64,000 nt of DNA from Bdellovibrionales bacterium (GCA_041690295.1 JAWLHR010000006.1:64001-128000); one strand, 5' to 3'; positions 1 through 9,864 are shown, numbered from the stretch's first letter. Numbers and translations are program-made. Notes: a model not told the origin generated them from the letters alone.

Positions 1-66
1 AGTCGGACAAACAAACGCCCGAGTGTCGGAACACGGTTCAATGTACCGGACGAAAATTCGACCTTG

Positions 67-92
67 TGCATCCTGATTTGGAACGGCCTACC
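67..92. repeat. Single arm of GTAG-type REP-like repeat
   Basis: tgcatcctgatttggaacggcctacc matches the reverse complement of the left arm of the hairpin at 63596-63646; abuts the stop codon at 93. Confidence 0.8.
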
Positions 93-419
93 TTATACGC
101 CGAAAGATGTGCCGCAGCCGCAGGTTTTGGTGGCGTTGGGATTGGTGAAAATGAAGCCCTTGCCGTTAAGGCCGCCTTCGTAATCGAGTTGAAGACCGAC
201 AAGGTACAAAAAGCTTTGACCATCCACGACGATTTTCGCGCCGTTGGATTCAAAGACCTTATCGTTTTCTTTCACGACGGTATCGAATTCCATTTTGTAC
301 GAGAATCCGGAGCAGCCGCCGCGCTTCACTTGCACGCGCAGAAAAGAGTCGGGCGCCGCCTGGTCTTCAATCTTCAGGGCTTGGATTTTTTTAGCTGCGG
401 ATTCAGACACCGAAATCAT
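93..419 (-). CDS. A-type Fe-S cluster carrier (IscA/ErpA/HesB family)
   Basis: GGCSGFSY and TCGCGTSF motifs; start set at MISVSESAA. Confidence 0.93.
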   Translation of the reverse strand: MISVSESAAKKIQALKIEDQAAPDSFLRVQVKRGGCSGFSYKMEFDTVVKENDKVFESNGAKIVVDGQSFLYLVGLQLDYEGGLNGKGFIFTNPNATKTCGCGTSFGV

Positions 420-465
420 AGGACCATTATATATCACAGACGCTGAAGAGTCTAAAGCAAGCGGA

Positions 466-1629
466 CTAATGATAGAATTTCCCAAGCATTTTCAATAACT
501 TATCTATGACCACTTCGATCTCGTCCGCGGTCGTGAAGCGGCCCAACCCGAGGCGCAATGTGGACCTGGCCAAGGCATCGCTCACACCCATGGCCCGCAA
601 AACATGACTGGGCTTGGGATTGGCCGAATTGCACGCGGAACCCGAACTGAAGGCGATTCCGGAAAGCTCCAGCGCCATATCATCGGCATGGATGTCGGGA
701 AAGGACATGCTGAGATTGTTGCAAAGACGTTTTTCCCGTGAACCGTTGATCTTCACTTTTGGGAACTGATCTTCAACAACATTGAAGATCCGATTGCGCC
801 AGGAGGTTAATCGCTCACATTCTTCCGTCATCACCTCGCGTGCCACCGCACAGGCTTCACCAAGACCAACAATGCCCGGCACATTCAAGGTGCCGGGTCG
901 GAGTTTATTCTCCTGATCTCCACCAAATAAAATAGGTTTAAGTTCGAAATCCCGATTCAAAGTGCGGATGATCAAAGCGCCGACGCCTTTGGGGCCATAA
1001 AGTTTATGGCCCGAAACCGACACCATATCGGCGCGGACTTTTTGCAAATCCAAAGGAATTTTTCCCACGGCCTGCGCGGCATCAGCGTGAAAGATCAGTC
1101 CCTTCTCGCGGCAGACTTCGCCGATTTCCTCGAAGGGTTGAATGGTTCCGACTTCATTATTGGCGACCATGATCGAGACCATCACTGTATTCGGGCGAAT
1201 GGCCTTGCGCAGATCCTCGATCCGGATCATGCCATCCGCATCGACCGGAAGAACAGTGACCTCCGCATCCCATTCCTGGGCGGCTTCCGCCACTTCCAAA
1301 ACCGCTTTGTGCTCGGTGCTTTGGGTGATAATATGCGGTTTTTGTTTACACAATCGGCGGACGACGCCAAGAATGGCCAGATTGTTGCTCTCTGTCGCGC
1401 CTGAGGTCCACATCACGTCCGCGGCCCGGCAATTCAAGAGGCCAGCCACCTGTTCCCGCGCTTTTTTAACCGCCGATTGCGCTTTCCACCCGTAGGCGTG
1501 TGAAGCGGACGAAGCGTTGCCGAACTCCTGCTCCAGATAAGGTTGCATTGCGGCTCGGACGCGGGGATCAAGCGGGGTGGTGGCATTGTGGTCCATGTAG
1601 ATCGGCATGGACAGAGGTTTTGGCGTCAT
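466..1629 (-). CDS. iscS: Cysteine desulfurase
   Basis: YMDHNATTP, TSGATESNN, SGHKLYGPKG (PLP lysine), SSGSAC (catalytic Cys). Confidence 0.93.
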   Translation of the reverse strand: MTPKPLSMPIYMDHNATTPLDPRVRAAMQPYLEQEFGNASSASHAYGWKAQSAVKKAREQVAGLLNCRAADVMWTSGATESNNLAILGVVRRLCKQKPHIITQSTEHKAVLEVAEAAQEWDAEVTVLPVDADGMIRIEDLRKAIRPNTVMVSIMVANNEVGTIQPFEEIGEVCREKGLIFHADAAQAVGKIPLDLQKVRADMVSVSGHKLYGPKGVGALIIRTLNRDFELKPILFGGDQENKLRPGTLNVPGIVGLGEACAVAREVMTEECERLTSWRNRIFNVVEDQFPKVKINGSREKRLCNNLSMSFPDIHADDMALELSGIAFSSGSACNSANPKPSHVLRAMGVSDALARSTLRLGLGRFTTADEIEVVIDKLLKMLGKFYH

Positions 1630-1643
1630 GGGACACTAGTTTT

Positions 1644-3764
1644 ATGGCAAAGATGTTGAAATTCAACCGCTATTTCACCCGGCCCGGACACGATGTGTTG
1701 GGTCAGGCCGAGCGCAAAAAAATCGCCATCAAGGGATTTGACGGTCCCATTGAAGCGCCGATGCGCTGGTCGCAGACGGCGGTGGAGGTCGCGGCGCAGA
1801 AGTATTTTCGCAAGCGCGGCGTCGGGCCCCATGCGGGCAGCGAGACAAGCGTCTTCCAACTTCTTCACCGGGTGGTGGAGTCGATCGCGCGCGCCGGAGC
1901 CTGGCAAGGTTACTTCAACGATTCCGCCACGGAACAAGCCTTCAAAGATGAATTGTCCCATATCCTGCTTCATCAAATGGGATCGTTCAACTCTCCGGTT
2001 TACTTCAATGTCGGAATTTTTCCCGAATACCAGATCGCGGGACATGGCGAGAATTATTATTTCGATCGCACGAGCGAAAAGGTGCTCGAATTGAACACAG
2101 CTTATGTCCATCCGCAGGCTTCCGCGTGTTTCATCCAAAGCGTGAAGGATGACCTGGTCAGCATTTTCGATCTTCTGAAAAGCGAAGCCAAACTTTTTAA
2201 GTATGGTTCCGGAACCGGAACGAACTTTTCCAGTTTGCGCGCGAAAGGCGAACCACTTGAAGGTGGCGGAGAGTCCACCGGTTTGATCTCCTACTTGGAG
2301 ATTTTCGATAAAGCCGCGCAAGCCATTAAATCCGGCGGCACCACGAGACGCGCGGCCAAGATGGTGGTGGTCGATGCCGATCATCCTGAAATTCTCGAGT
2401 TCATCCGTTGGAAGATGGATGAGGAGCGAAAGGCCCGCGTACTGATGGCGGCGGGATTTTCAGGTGGAATGGACGGCGAGGCCTTTCGATCCGTTTCAGG
2501 ACAGAATTCCAACAATTCCGTGCGAGTGACCGATGAATTCATGAAGCGAGTGCGGGAGAACGGGGATTGGCAGCTTCGTGCCCGTCGCGGCGGCCATGTC
2601 ACCGCGACGATTCCAGCCGCTCAGCTCTGGCAAGAGATCGCGCGCGCGGCGTGGGAGTGTGCGGATCCAGGACTTCAATTCCATGACACCATTCAAAGGT
2701 GGCATTTCTGCCCGCGTTCCGGGCCGATTCGAGCCAGCAATCCGTGCAGTGAATTCATGTTCCTTGACGACTCCGCTTGTAATCTGGCGTCTATCAATCT
2801 GGTTAAGTTCATGGGGCCGGATGGCTTTGACTGGAAGGCCTTCGCGCAGACGGTCCGAATCCTTTTGATCGCGCAAGATATTTTGGTGGATTATGCGTCC
2901 TATCCGACGGCGGACATCGCCAGGAACTCCCATCACTTTCGGCCGCTCGGACTGGGCTACGCCAATCTTGGCGGGTTGCTCATGCGGCTGGGGATTCCCT
3001 ATGAAAGCGAAGAGGCCATTTTGTGGACACAGAAAATCACCGCTGGCCTGCATGCGTTGGCTTTGGAAGTGTCCCAAGACCTGGCCGAAGCCTTTGGCCC
3101 GTTCGCCGGATGGGACTTGAATCGGGCGGCTGGACTTGAAGTGATCGATCGCCATTTCCAAGCCTGGCGGGAAACGCGACAGAGCGTCCCCTTAATCGAT
3201 GAGACGTTCCAATCCGTCTTGAAGCGAGCGCCCAACACGGGTTTTCGCAACGCCCAAGTCACCTTGATCGCCCCCACGGGAACCATCGGTTTATTCATGG
3301 ATTGCGACACCCTCGGCATAGAACCCGAATTTTCGCTGGTCAAAACCAAAACCTTGGCGGGTGGCGGGGCGCTCCGAATGCAGAATCGGGCTTTGCACGA
3401 AAGCTTGCTGCGCCTTGGATACACGGGAAGTGAGATTGCAGAAATTGAAAGATACGTGTCGGAGAAGGGGACTGTGGCGGGCGCGCCACAGTTTAAGCGC
3501 GAGCACCTGAAGATTTTCGACACAGCCATTGCTCCCAAGGACTGCCCGGAGCGGCGGGTGACGGCCATGGGGCATTTAAAGATTATGGCGGCCGCGCAAC
3601 CTTTTTTGAGCGGCGCGATCTCAAAGACGGTGAATCTGCCCCAATCCACCACGATCGAAGAAATCAAATCCGTCTACGAGCAGGCTTGGCAAATGGGCTT
3701 GAAATCGGTGGCCGTTTATCGCGACGGCAGCAAGTCCGTTCAGCCTTTGTGCGCGGAATGTTGA
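1644..3764 (+). CDS. nrdJ: Class II (adenosylcobalamin-dependent) ribonucleotide reductase
   Basis: FNSPVYFN, PQASACFI, GGTTRRAAKM, ASNPCSEF, IAPTGTIG, SGAISKTVN; start moved to MAKMLKF. Confidence 0.92.
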   Translation: MAKMLKFNRYFTRPGHDVLGQAERKKIAIKGFDGPIEAPMRWSQTAVEVAAQKYFRKRGVGPHAGSETSVFQLLHRVVESIARAGAWQGYFNDSATEQAFKDELSHILLHQMGSFNSPVYFNVGIFPEYQIAGHGENYYFDRTSEKVLELNTAYVHPQASACFIQSVKDDLVSIFDLLKSEAKLFKYGSGTGTNFSSLRAKGEPLEGGGESTGLISYLEIFDKAAQAIKSGGTTRRAAKMVVVDADHPEILEFIRWKMDEERKARVLMAAGFSGGMDGEAFRSVSGQNSNNSVRVTDEFMKRVRENGDWQLRARRGGHVTATIPAAQLWQEIARAAWECADPGLQFHDTIQRWHFCPRSGPIRASNPCSEFMFLDDSACNLASINLVKFMGPDGFDWKAFAQTVRILLIAQDILVDYASYPTADIARNSHHFRPLGLGYANLGGLLMRLGIPYESEEAILWTQKITAGLHALALEVSQDLAEAFGPFAGWDLNRAAGLEVIDRHFQAWRETRQSVPLIDETFQSVLKRAPNTGFRNAQVTLIAPTGTIGLFMDCDTLGIEPEFSLVKTKTLAGGGALRMQNRALHESLLRLGYTGSEIAEIERYVSEKGTVAGAPQFKREHLKIFDTAIAPKDCPERRVTAMGHLKIMAAAQPFLSGAISKTVNLPQSTTIEEIKSVYEQAWQMGLKSVAVYRDGSKSVQPLCAEC

Positions 3765-3805
3765 GCTTGCTCGCGGGCCTGGCGCTGAGTTAACGTTCTG
3801 AAACT

Positions 3806-5008
3806 ATGTCTGAATGGCGATCCTATGATTTGTGGAACCCGACGGAAGAGCACGCTTTGCTCCGCCAAACCGTGCGCGATTTTGTCAATTCCGAAGTGGA
3901 ACCTCAGGCCGCGGAGTTCGACCGTAAGGAACAGTTCAATCTTCCGTTATTCCGCCGTTTAGGTGAGTTGGGCTTGCTTGGCATCACGGTGGATGAAGCC
4001 TATGGCGGATCGGCCATGGACGCGGTGGCCGCTGTGATCGCCCACGAAGAGATCTCGGCCAGCGATCCGGGATTTTGCCTGGCCTATCTGGCCCATGCCG
4101 TACTGTGCGCCAACAACATCAACGCCAATGCCAGCGACGAACAAAAAAAGCGATGGCTCCCCAAACTCTGTAGCGGTGAATGGGTGGGGGCGATGGCCAT
4201 GTCGGAACCTCATGTGGGGACCGATGTCCTCGGCATGAAAACCACCGCCGTCAAAAAGGGATCCAATTATATTTTGAACGGCCGGAAAATGTGGATCACC
4301 AACGGCACCGTGGATGAAAACGGAACGCCTTGTGATTGTGTTCTGGTTTACGCCAAATCCGGAAATGACGGTAAAGGCTCGATTTCCACTTTCATCGTTG
4401 AAAAAGGCGCCAAGGGATTTTCAGTCGGCCAGAAAATCAAAGACAAACTGGGTATGCGCGGATCCAATACGGCCGAACTCGTATTTCAAGATTGTGAAGT
4501 TCCCGTTGAGAACCTCATCGGCCGCGAGGGTGATTCGCTCTTGCATATGATGCGCAATCTGGAATTTGAACGGTTGACCTTGGCGGCGATGAGTATCGGC
4601 ATGGCCCGGCGCTGTCTGCAGATCATGAGTAAGTATGCCGGCGAAAGGGAAGCCTTCGGCCGACCGATCGCGGACTTCGGTCAGGTGCAAAAAATGATCG
4701 CCGAAAGCTACGCGGAGTTTCGGGCCGCCAAAGCCTATGTTTATGAAACCGCCCGCCGGATGCGACTGGATAAGCAGGGGCAACGGCTGGATTCCGATGG
4801 CGTGAAACTTGTGGCCGCCACCATGGCCAAGAATGTGGCTGATCGGGCCATTCAAGTGCTCGGCGGCTATGGCTACGTTGGCGAGTATGTGGTCGAGCGG
4901 CTGTGGCGGGACGCCAAACTGATTGAAATCGGTGGCGGAACGCTCGAGGCCCATCAAAAAAATATCACCCGCGATTTAGGTCGCGCGGATCTCAATCAAG
5001 TGCTTTGA
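3806..5008 (+). CDS. Acyl-CoA dehydrogenase (isovaleryl-CoA dehydrogenase-like)
   Basis: AMSEPHVGTD, LNGRKMWITNG, KLGMRGSNT, GGYGY, IEIGGGT motifs. Confidence 0.9.
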   Translation: MSEWRSYDLWNPTEEHALLRQTVRDFVNSEVEPQAAEFDRKEQFNLPLFRRLGELGLLGITVDEAYGGSAMDAVAAVIAHEEISASDPGFCLAYLAHAVLCANNINANASDEQKKRWLPKLCSGEWVGAMAMSEPHVGTDVLGMKTTAVKKGSNYILNGRKMWITNGTVDENGTPCDCVLVYAKSGNDGKGSISTFIVEKGAKGFSVGQKIKDKLGMRGSNTAELVFQDCEVPVENLIGREGDSLLHMMRNLEFERLTLAAMSIGMARRCLQIMSKYAGEREAFGRPIADFGQVQKMIAESYAEFRAAKAYVYETARRMRLDKQGQRLDSDGVKLVAATMAKNVADRAIQVLGGYGYVGEYVVERLWRDAKLIEIGGGTLEAHQKNITRDLGRADLNQVL

Positions 5009-5823
5009 ACCGGCTCACGGGGAATGAGGTCGCCTAGACGACGGCCATGGCGGGCGAAGCCGCGAGCCAGAATTTCTTCTTTTTTCGCCAACACTTCCCT
5101 GACGTGATCCCGTTCCTTCTCGCTGATGTGGGGGTTGGATAGCTGCTCGCGAAGGCTCAGGCAGCGAAAGTAATCCATGGCCACGAATCGCCGGGAAAGT
5201 TGATCTCCATGCCCACCGTATTTCCGAAGTATCGGAGAAGGAACAAAACCGATTTCATGTCGGCTAGAGATCTTGAGCCATAAATCGTAGTCTTCACAAA
5301 CCGGAAAATCTTCGCGAAAGCCATCGGCCTCGACAAAAATTTCGCGCGATAAAATCACCGCCGACGGTGAGACACAACAAAGGTCCGCGCACCGGGTGAA
5401 AATTCGCCCGCCGCTTTTGGCGTGCTTTTTCATCGGGTTCACACGCACGCCGTTTCGGATCCAGATCTCTTCTCCGTGGACCCATTTGAATTCGGAGAGG
5501 AGCGGCCATTGAGTTGATAATTTATTCGGCAACCACTCATCATCCGAATCCAGAAAAGCCAGCCAATCCCCTTGGGCGATTTGAACGCCGAGATTACGTG
5601 CGGCGCTCACGCCGCGATTCTCTGTCCGGACATATTGATATCGTGATTGAACTCCAGCATCCGCGGCCCATCGGCTCACGCGCTCTCTGGTGTCGTCCGT
5701 TGAGCCATCGTCAACAACCACCATCTCCCAAGCCGAGTGGGATTGGTTGATGACGGACTCCAAGGCTCTTAATAGAGTTTGTGCACGATTATAGGTGGGA
5801 ACGATCACGGAAATCAGAGCCAT
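4996..5823 (-). CDS. Glycosyltransferase family 2
   Basis: SVIVPTYNR, VVDDGSTD, AFLDSDD, CEDYDLW; start at MALISV. Confidence 0.9.
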   Translation of the reverse strand: MALISVIVPTYNRAQTLLRALESVINQSHSAWEMVVVDDGSTDDTRERVSRWAADAGVQSRYQYVRTENRGVSAARNLGVQIAQGDWLAFLDSDDEWLPNKLSTQWPLLSEFKWVHGEEIWIRNGVRVNPMKKHAKSGGRIFTRCADLCCVSPSAVILSREIFVEADGFREDFPVCEDYDLWLKISSRHEIGFVPSPILRKYGGHGDQLSRRFVAMDYFRCLSLREQLSNPHISEKERDHVREVLAKKEEILARGFARHGRRLGDLIPREPVQST

Positions 5824-5906
5824 TTCGGGCCTTTGTAAGATTTCAAAACCGATCTGTCCACAAGATTGCCGCTTGCATTTAAATCGATGTTTGTTAAGAG
5901 AAAAAT

Positions 5907-6848
5907 ATGTGGTTTGAGGGCACTGAAAAAAAGTTTGAATTGGTGGCAACAGAGGCGCGGTTTCTCTCCCTCGGCGCGGATTTTTGGCGGAAATGCGTGC
6001 GGCTCGCGGGCGCGCAAATTCTGTCGGAGATCCGCAACGAGAAGATGGTCGCCTATTTGCTTTCGGAGTCGAGCTTGTTTGTCTGGGACGACCGGATCAC
6101 CATGATCACCTGTGGCCGCACGAGCTTGGTCAAATCCGCCTGTTTTTTACTCGATCACTTGGGCCCGGAAAATGTCGATTTTCTGACCTTCGAACGGAAG
6201 AACGAATACTATCCCCACCAGCAGAAAACTGATTTTTTAAAAGACGTGGCCATTTTGCAGACCAAGCTCAAAGGCAAGGCCTACCGGTTCGGTTCGCCGG
6301 ATGAGCATCATCTCTTTCTCTACCATGCGGAAAAGCCGGATTTCAGGCCCGACAGCTCCGACTGCACACTTGAGGTCCTGCTTTATAATCTTCAAGGCCC
6401 GGCGCGGGAATTGTTCAGCGGCCCTCAATCACTGGGCCGCACTCGGTCGCTCACTTGCATGGAAAGCATCTTTCCGGGCTTCCAAATCGATGATCATCTT
6501 TTTGAACCATGTGGTTATTCGGCCAATGCCATTCGCGAGCATGAGTACTACACGATTCACGTCACGCCGGAAGAAAACGGATCCTATGTCAGCTTCGAAA
6601 CCAATGTGCGCCTCGGCGACAGGCTCGTGCCCACATTGAGAAGCGTGATTGAACTTTTTCAGCCCGCTTCATTCGACGTGATTTATTTTCATCCGGCCAA
6701 GGAATTGGGCGCGTTCGAATTGAATCCGTTCATCCAACGCCACTACGTACGCCAAAGTTTGAGCTGCGGTTTTGAGGTGGGATTTTCAACTTACTATCTG
6801 AAGTCCAAGGAACCGATGCTTGCGGTTCCGCTTGAGGATGTCCCATGA
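5907..6848 (+). CDS. speD: S-adenosylmethionine decarboxylase proenzyme, eukaryotic-type
   Basis: FEGTEKK, LSESS self-cleavage site, ITCG, TIHVTPE, SYVSFETN; overlaps speE start. Confidence 0.88.
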   Translation: MWFEGTEKKFELVATEARFLSLGADFWRKCVRLAGAQILSEIRNEKMVAYLLSESSLFVWDDRITMITCGRTSLVKSACFLLDHLGPENVDFLTFERKNEYYPHQQKTDFLKDVAILQTKLKGKAYRFGSPDEHHLFLYHAEKPDFRPDSSDCTLEVLLYNLQGPARELFSGPQSLGRTRSLTCMESIFPGFQIDDHLFEPCGYSANAIREHEYYTIHVTPEENGSYVSFETNVRLGDRLVPTLRSVIELFQPASFDVIYFHPAKELGAFELNPFIQRHYVRQSLSCGFEVGFSTYYLKSKEPMLAVPLEDVP

Positions 6849-7681
6849 GCCGGTGGATCGAAGAGAATTATAAAGAGGGGCTCAATTTCCGCTTGGGACT
6901 CAAAGAAAAACTTTTTTCCGCCCAATCACCATTTCAGAAAGTGGAAGTGTTCGAGAGTTCCCATCACGGTCGGGTTCTGATGAACGACGGTTGCTTCATG
7001 CTCTCGGAGCGGGATGAGTCCATCTATCACGAAATGATGGCCCATGTGCCGTTACATGTTCATCCGAATCCTCGATCCGTGTTGATCATCGGTGGCGGCG
7101 ATGGCGGTACCGCCCGCGAAGTCTTGCGCCATCCGAGCGTTGAAAAATGCACGCTGGTTGAAATCGACGAAATGGTGGTTGAGGCTTGCCGCAAGTTCAT
7201 CCCGAAAACGGGAAAGATTTTTGATCATCCCAAAATGGAATTGCACATCGACGACGGCGTGAAATTCGTCCAACAAACCGATCAGAAGTTTGATGTGATT
7301 ATGATTGATAGCACGGATCCCGTGGGCGCGGCCCAACCTCTGTTCGGGGCAGAGTTTTATTCGAACGTGGCCGATCATTTAAATCGCGATGGCATCGTGA
7401 TCGCCCAAGGGGAGAGCGTGTTTTATGAAAGTGAAATGCAGGCGAAGCTCCTCTCCATCGTGAATCCGCGATTTGAGTGGACGACTTACTTTAATTTCAC
7501 CAATATGACCTATCCTGGCGGATTGTGGTCCTTCCTTTGGGCGTCAAACGGCCGTCATCCCATGCGGGATCAGCGCGACTGTGAACTGGATTGTTTTTAC
7601 TATAATTCGGAAATACATCGCGCGGCTTTCGCTCTGCCCAGCTTTCAAAAGCAGAATTTGCGCAAATGGATCAAGATATAG
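6845..7681 (+). CDS. speE: Spermidine synthase (polyamine aminopropyltransferase)
   Basis: YHEMMAHVP, IIGGGDGG, VEID, IDSTDP, YPGGLW. Confidence 0.93.
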   Translation: MSRWIEENYKEGLNFRLGLKEKLFSAQSPFQKVEVFESSHHGRVLMNDGCFMLSERDESIYHEMMAHVPLHVHPNPRSVLIIGGGDGGTAREVLRHPSVEKCTLVEIDEMVVEACRKFIPKTGKIFDHPKMELHIDDGVKFVQQTDQKFDVIMIDSTDPVGAAQPLFGAEFYSNVADHLNRDGIVIAQGESVFYESEMQAKLLSIVNPRFEWTTYFNFTNMTYPGGLWSFLWASNGRHPMRDQRDCELDCFYYNSEIHRAAFALPSFQKQNLRKWIKI

Positions 7682-8385
7682 ATTTCAGTCGGCATCGTCT
7701 CAGCTGGACGGATCCGATCCGGGTGGGGAATTCCCAATTTCCGGTGGACCATATTCTGGCGCGGCTTGGGCCCATGCTGACCGAAGAGCGCAAAAAACGG
7801 TTGGACGAGGTTGTGGCGGCCCGCTCATTAAAAGTGCTTCCGGTTTTAGAGAATATCTATGACCGGGGGAACGTGAGTGCGGTTATGCGATCGGCCGAGG
7901 CCTTTGGATTCTTTCGCATGCATCTGATCGACCTGCCGGGCGCCAAATTCAAGGCCGCCAACCGGGTGACCAAGGGGGCCGAGAAGTGGCTTGATATTAG
8001 AGCGCACAGTTCGCCCCGGGAGTCCGTGGAACAACTGCGCGCCGAGGGTTATCGGGTCTGGGCCACCGATCTGAATACGGAGCACTCCATCGACGACTTG
8101 GATTGGACCGGGCCCGTCGCCATTGTCCTTGGCAACGAGCGCGACGGGGTATCAAAAGAAATGTTGGACCTTGTGGACGGCCGCTTCCGCATTCCCATGG
8201 TGGGATTTTCACAAAGTTTTAATATTTCCGTGGCCGCGGCTCTGATCTTTTATCACGCCCATTTGAAACTCAAGGAGCTTCCGGATAAGGGCGTGCTTGA
8301 TCAGGCGCAATTTCGCCAAGTTCTCGCTAATTACTATCTGCGCTGTTTTGATAATCCCGAAAAACTACTAGAACTGCCCCACTAG
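7666..8385 (+). CDS. trmH: SpoU/TrmH family RNA 2'-O-methyltransferase
   Basis: GNVSAVMRSAEAFG, LGNERDGVS, IPMVGFSQSFNISVA. Confidence 0.85.
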   Translation: MDQDIDFSRHRLSWTDPIRVGNSQFPVDHILARLGPMLTEERKKRLDEVVAARSLKVLPVLENIYDRGNVSAVMRSAEAFGFFRMHLIDLPGAKFKAANRVTKGAEKWLDIRAHSSPRESVEQLRAEGYRVWATDLNTEHSIDDLDWTGPVAIVLGNERDGVSKEMLDLVDGRFRIPMVGFSQSFNISVAAALIFYHAHLKLKELPDKGVLDQAQFRQVLANYYLRCFDNPEKLLELPH

Positions 8386-8399
8386 CCTGCAGAAAATCC

Positions 8400-8415
8400 T
8401 GGCGAGAATTTTGCC
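8400..8415 (+). promoter_or_regulatory. Putative sigma54 -24/-12 promoter
   Basis: TGGCGA-GAATT-TTGCC with correct GG/GC spacing just upstream of the transposase ATG. Confidence 0.45.
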
Positions 8416-8429
8416 CTTAACCACAGGGC

Positions 8430-9326
8430 ATGCGACCAAGTTGCCCCTATTGTCATTCATCACAAGAATTGTCCGATCGCCGGATGCGTATTCTAAAAGC
8501 CGGATTCTTCCGCCGAACATCCGACGGAAAAAGAGTGCGAAGATTTTATTGCGTTAGCTGCTCTAGATACTTTTCTTATGCCACCTTTCACCCCTGCTTT
8601 AGGCAAAAAAAGCGTCACCTCAATCATCGTATCAACAAACTATTAGCTTCAAGCGTATCTCAGCGCCGAATCGCAAAATTACTCCATATCTCCCGAACCA
8701 CGGTTGAACGAAAGTTTCTTTTTCTTGGCCAAAAAGCAGTGCATGAACTTGAACATCAAAACAAATCCAGTCCCCTGGCCACTGTTGTTGAATTTGATGA
8801 GCTTGAAACCTTCGAGCACACAAAGTGTAAACCGCTTTCCGTTCCACTAGCCGTTGAATCAAAGACCAGAAGAATATTAAGTTTTCAAGTGGCCCAGATG
8901 CCGGCCAAAGGAAAGCTCGCCCGCATTTCTCGAAAGAAATATGGCCCAAGACCGGATTTCAGGCCGAAAGCATTGAGTGAGCTTTGTGAGAGTTTAAAAC
9001 CACTCACCACACCTGATGTACATTTCAAATCCGATCAAAACCCAATGTATCCAGAAATTCTAAGACGTCACTTTCCTTTAAATTCGCATGAGCGGTTCAA
9101 AGGGCAAAGAGGTTCGATTGTCGGACAGGGGGAATTGAAGAAGATCCGATTTGATCCACTTTTTAGCTTGAATCACACGTGTGCGATGCTTCGAGCCAAT
9201 ATTAATCGCTTGGTGCGGAAGACTTGGTGCACAACGAAAATTCCTAATAGATTGCGCCTTCATCTCGCCATCTATGCGGTTTATCACAACAATATGATTC
9301 GTGCGGGGCCATTAGCTGCAGGCTAG
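8430..9326 (+). CDS. IS1/IS1595-like transposase (Zn ribbon, HTH, RNase H-like core)
   Basis: CPYC...CVSC, HTH SQRRIAKLLHISRTTVER, EFDELET, KSDQNPMY, LNHTCAMLRANINRLVRKTWCTTK resembling the IS1 InsB C-terminal motif. Confidence 0.75.
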   Translation: MRPSCPYCHSSQELSDRRMRILKAGFFRRTSDGKRVRRFYCVSCSRYFSYATFHPCFRQKKRHLNHRINKLLASSVSQRRIAKLLHISRTTVERKFLFLGQKAVHELEHQNKSSPLATVVEFDELETFEHTKCKPLSVPLAVESKTRRILSFQVAQMPAKGKLARISRKKYGPRPDFRPKALSELCESLKPLTTPDVHFKSDQNPMYPEILRRHFPLNSHERFKGQRGSIVGQGELKKIRFDPLFSLNHTCAMLRANINRLVRKTWCTTKIPNRLRLHLAIYAVYHNNMIRAGPLAAG

Positions 9327-9339
9327 TGGGGCAGTTCTT

Positions 9340-9864
9340 TTAGTTTGAAACTGTTTTGTTGAGTTCTTTTTGATTCTGTTCGCGTTTGGCGCGAAGTTGC
9401 TTCAGTTCGCGCGCCAGTTGTCCACGCTCGAACTCCTGTGAAGCTTGATCCAGTTTTTCGGTCATGAGGTCGATTTTGGTGTCGAGATTTTTATTTTCGA
9501 TTTCCAATGCGCGGGCCCGTTGCCCTTTGCGGTAACCGCTTAAGAACGCCGGTTCCAGTTGAGAGGGGCAAACATACATGTAGGTGATTCCCATGCGGCC
9601 CAGTTCAAAGCCGTTTTCCGAGGTGCAATACTCGACCAGTCCAGCATTTCGGCCATTGGCGTACATGGATTCCCAGTCGGGGCGCAAGCGGCGGCAATCG
9701 CTGGAATACTTTGAAAGTTGATCGTTGGTTGAACCCTGAGCGCCGTCGTGACGGCCCAGTTCATACCAATCACGTTGATCGCAGCCCGCGCGGTCAACGG
9801 ATTTCGATGCACAAGCCGAAAGGCTTATTGCGATCGCGATTAACGAAAAAACTCTCAATCCCAT
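9340..9864 (-). CDS. DUF2799-like lipoprotein
   Basis: Lipobox LSAC, DWYELGRHDG, GLVEYC..ENGFELG, C-terminal coiled coil. Confidence 0.75.
   Translation of the reverse strand: MGLRVFSLIAIAISLSACASKSVDRAGCDQRDWYELGRHDGAQGSTNDQLSKYSSDCRRLRPDWESMYANGRNAGLVEYCTSENGFELGRMGITYMYVCPSQLEPAFLSGYRKGQRARALEIENKNLDTKIDLMTEKLDQASQEFERGQLARELKQLRAKREQNQKELNKTVSN

Larger units (their letters stand above)
8370..9338 (+). mobile_element. IS-like element bounded by 23-bp perfect inverted repeats
   Basis: agaactgccccactagcctgcag (8370-8392) is the reverse complement of 9316-9338; encloses a transposase-like ORF; visibly more AT-rich than flanks. Confidence 0.75.

Noticed and set aside
1500..1643. Extended nrdJ N-terminus from the ORF track
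   Set aside because: It overlaps iscS on the opposite strand; ATG 1644 is more plausible.
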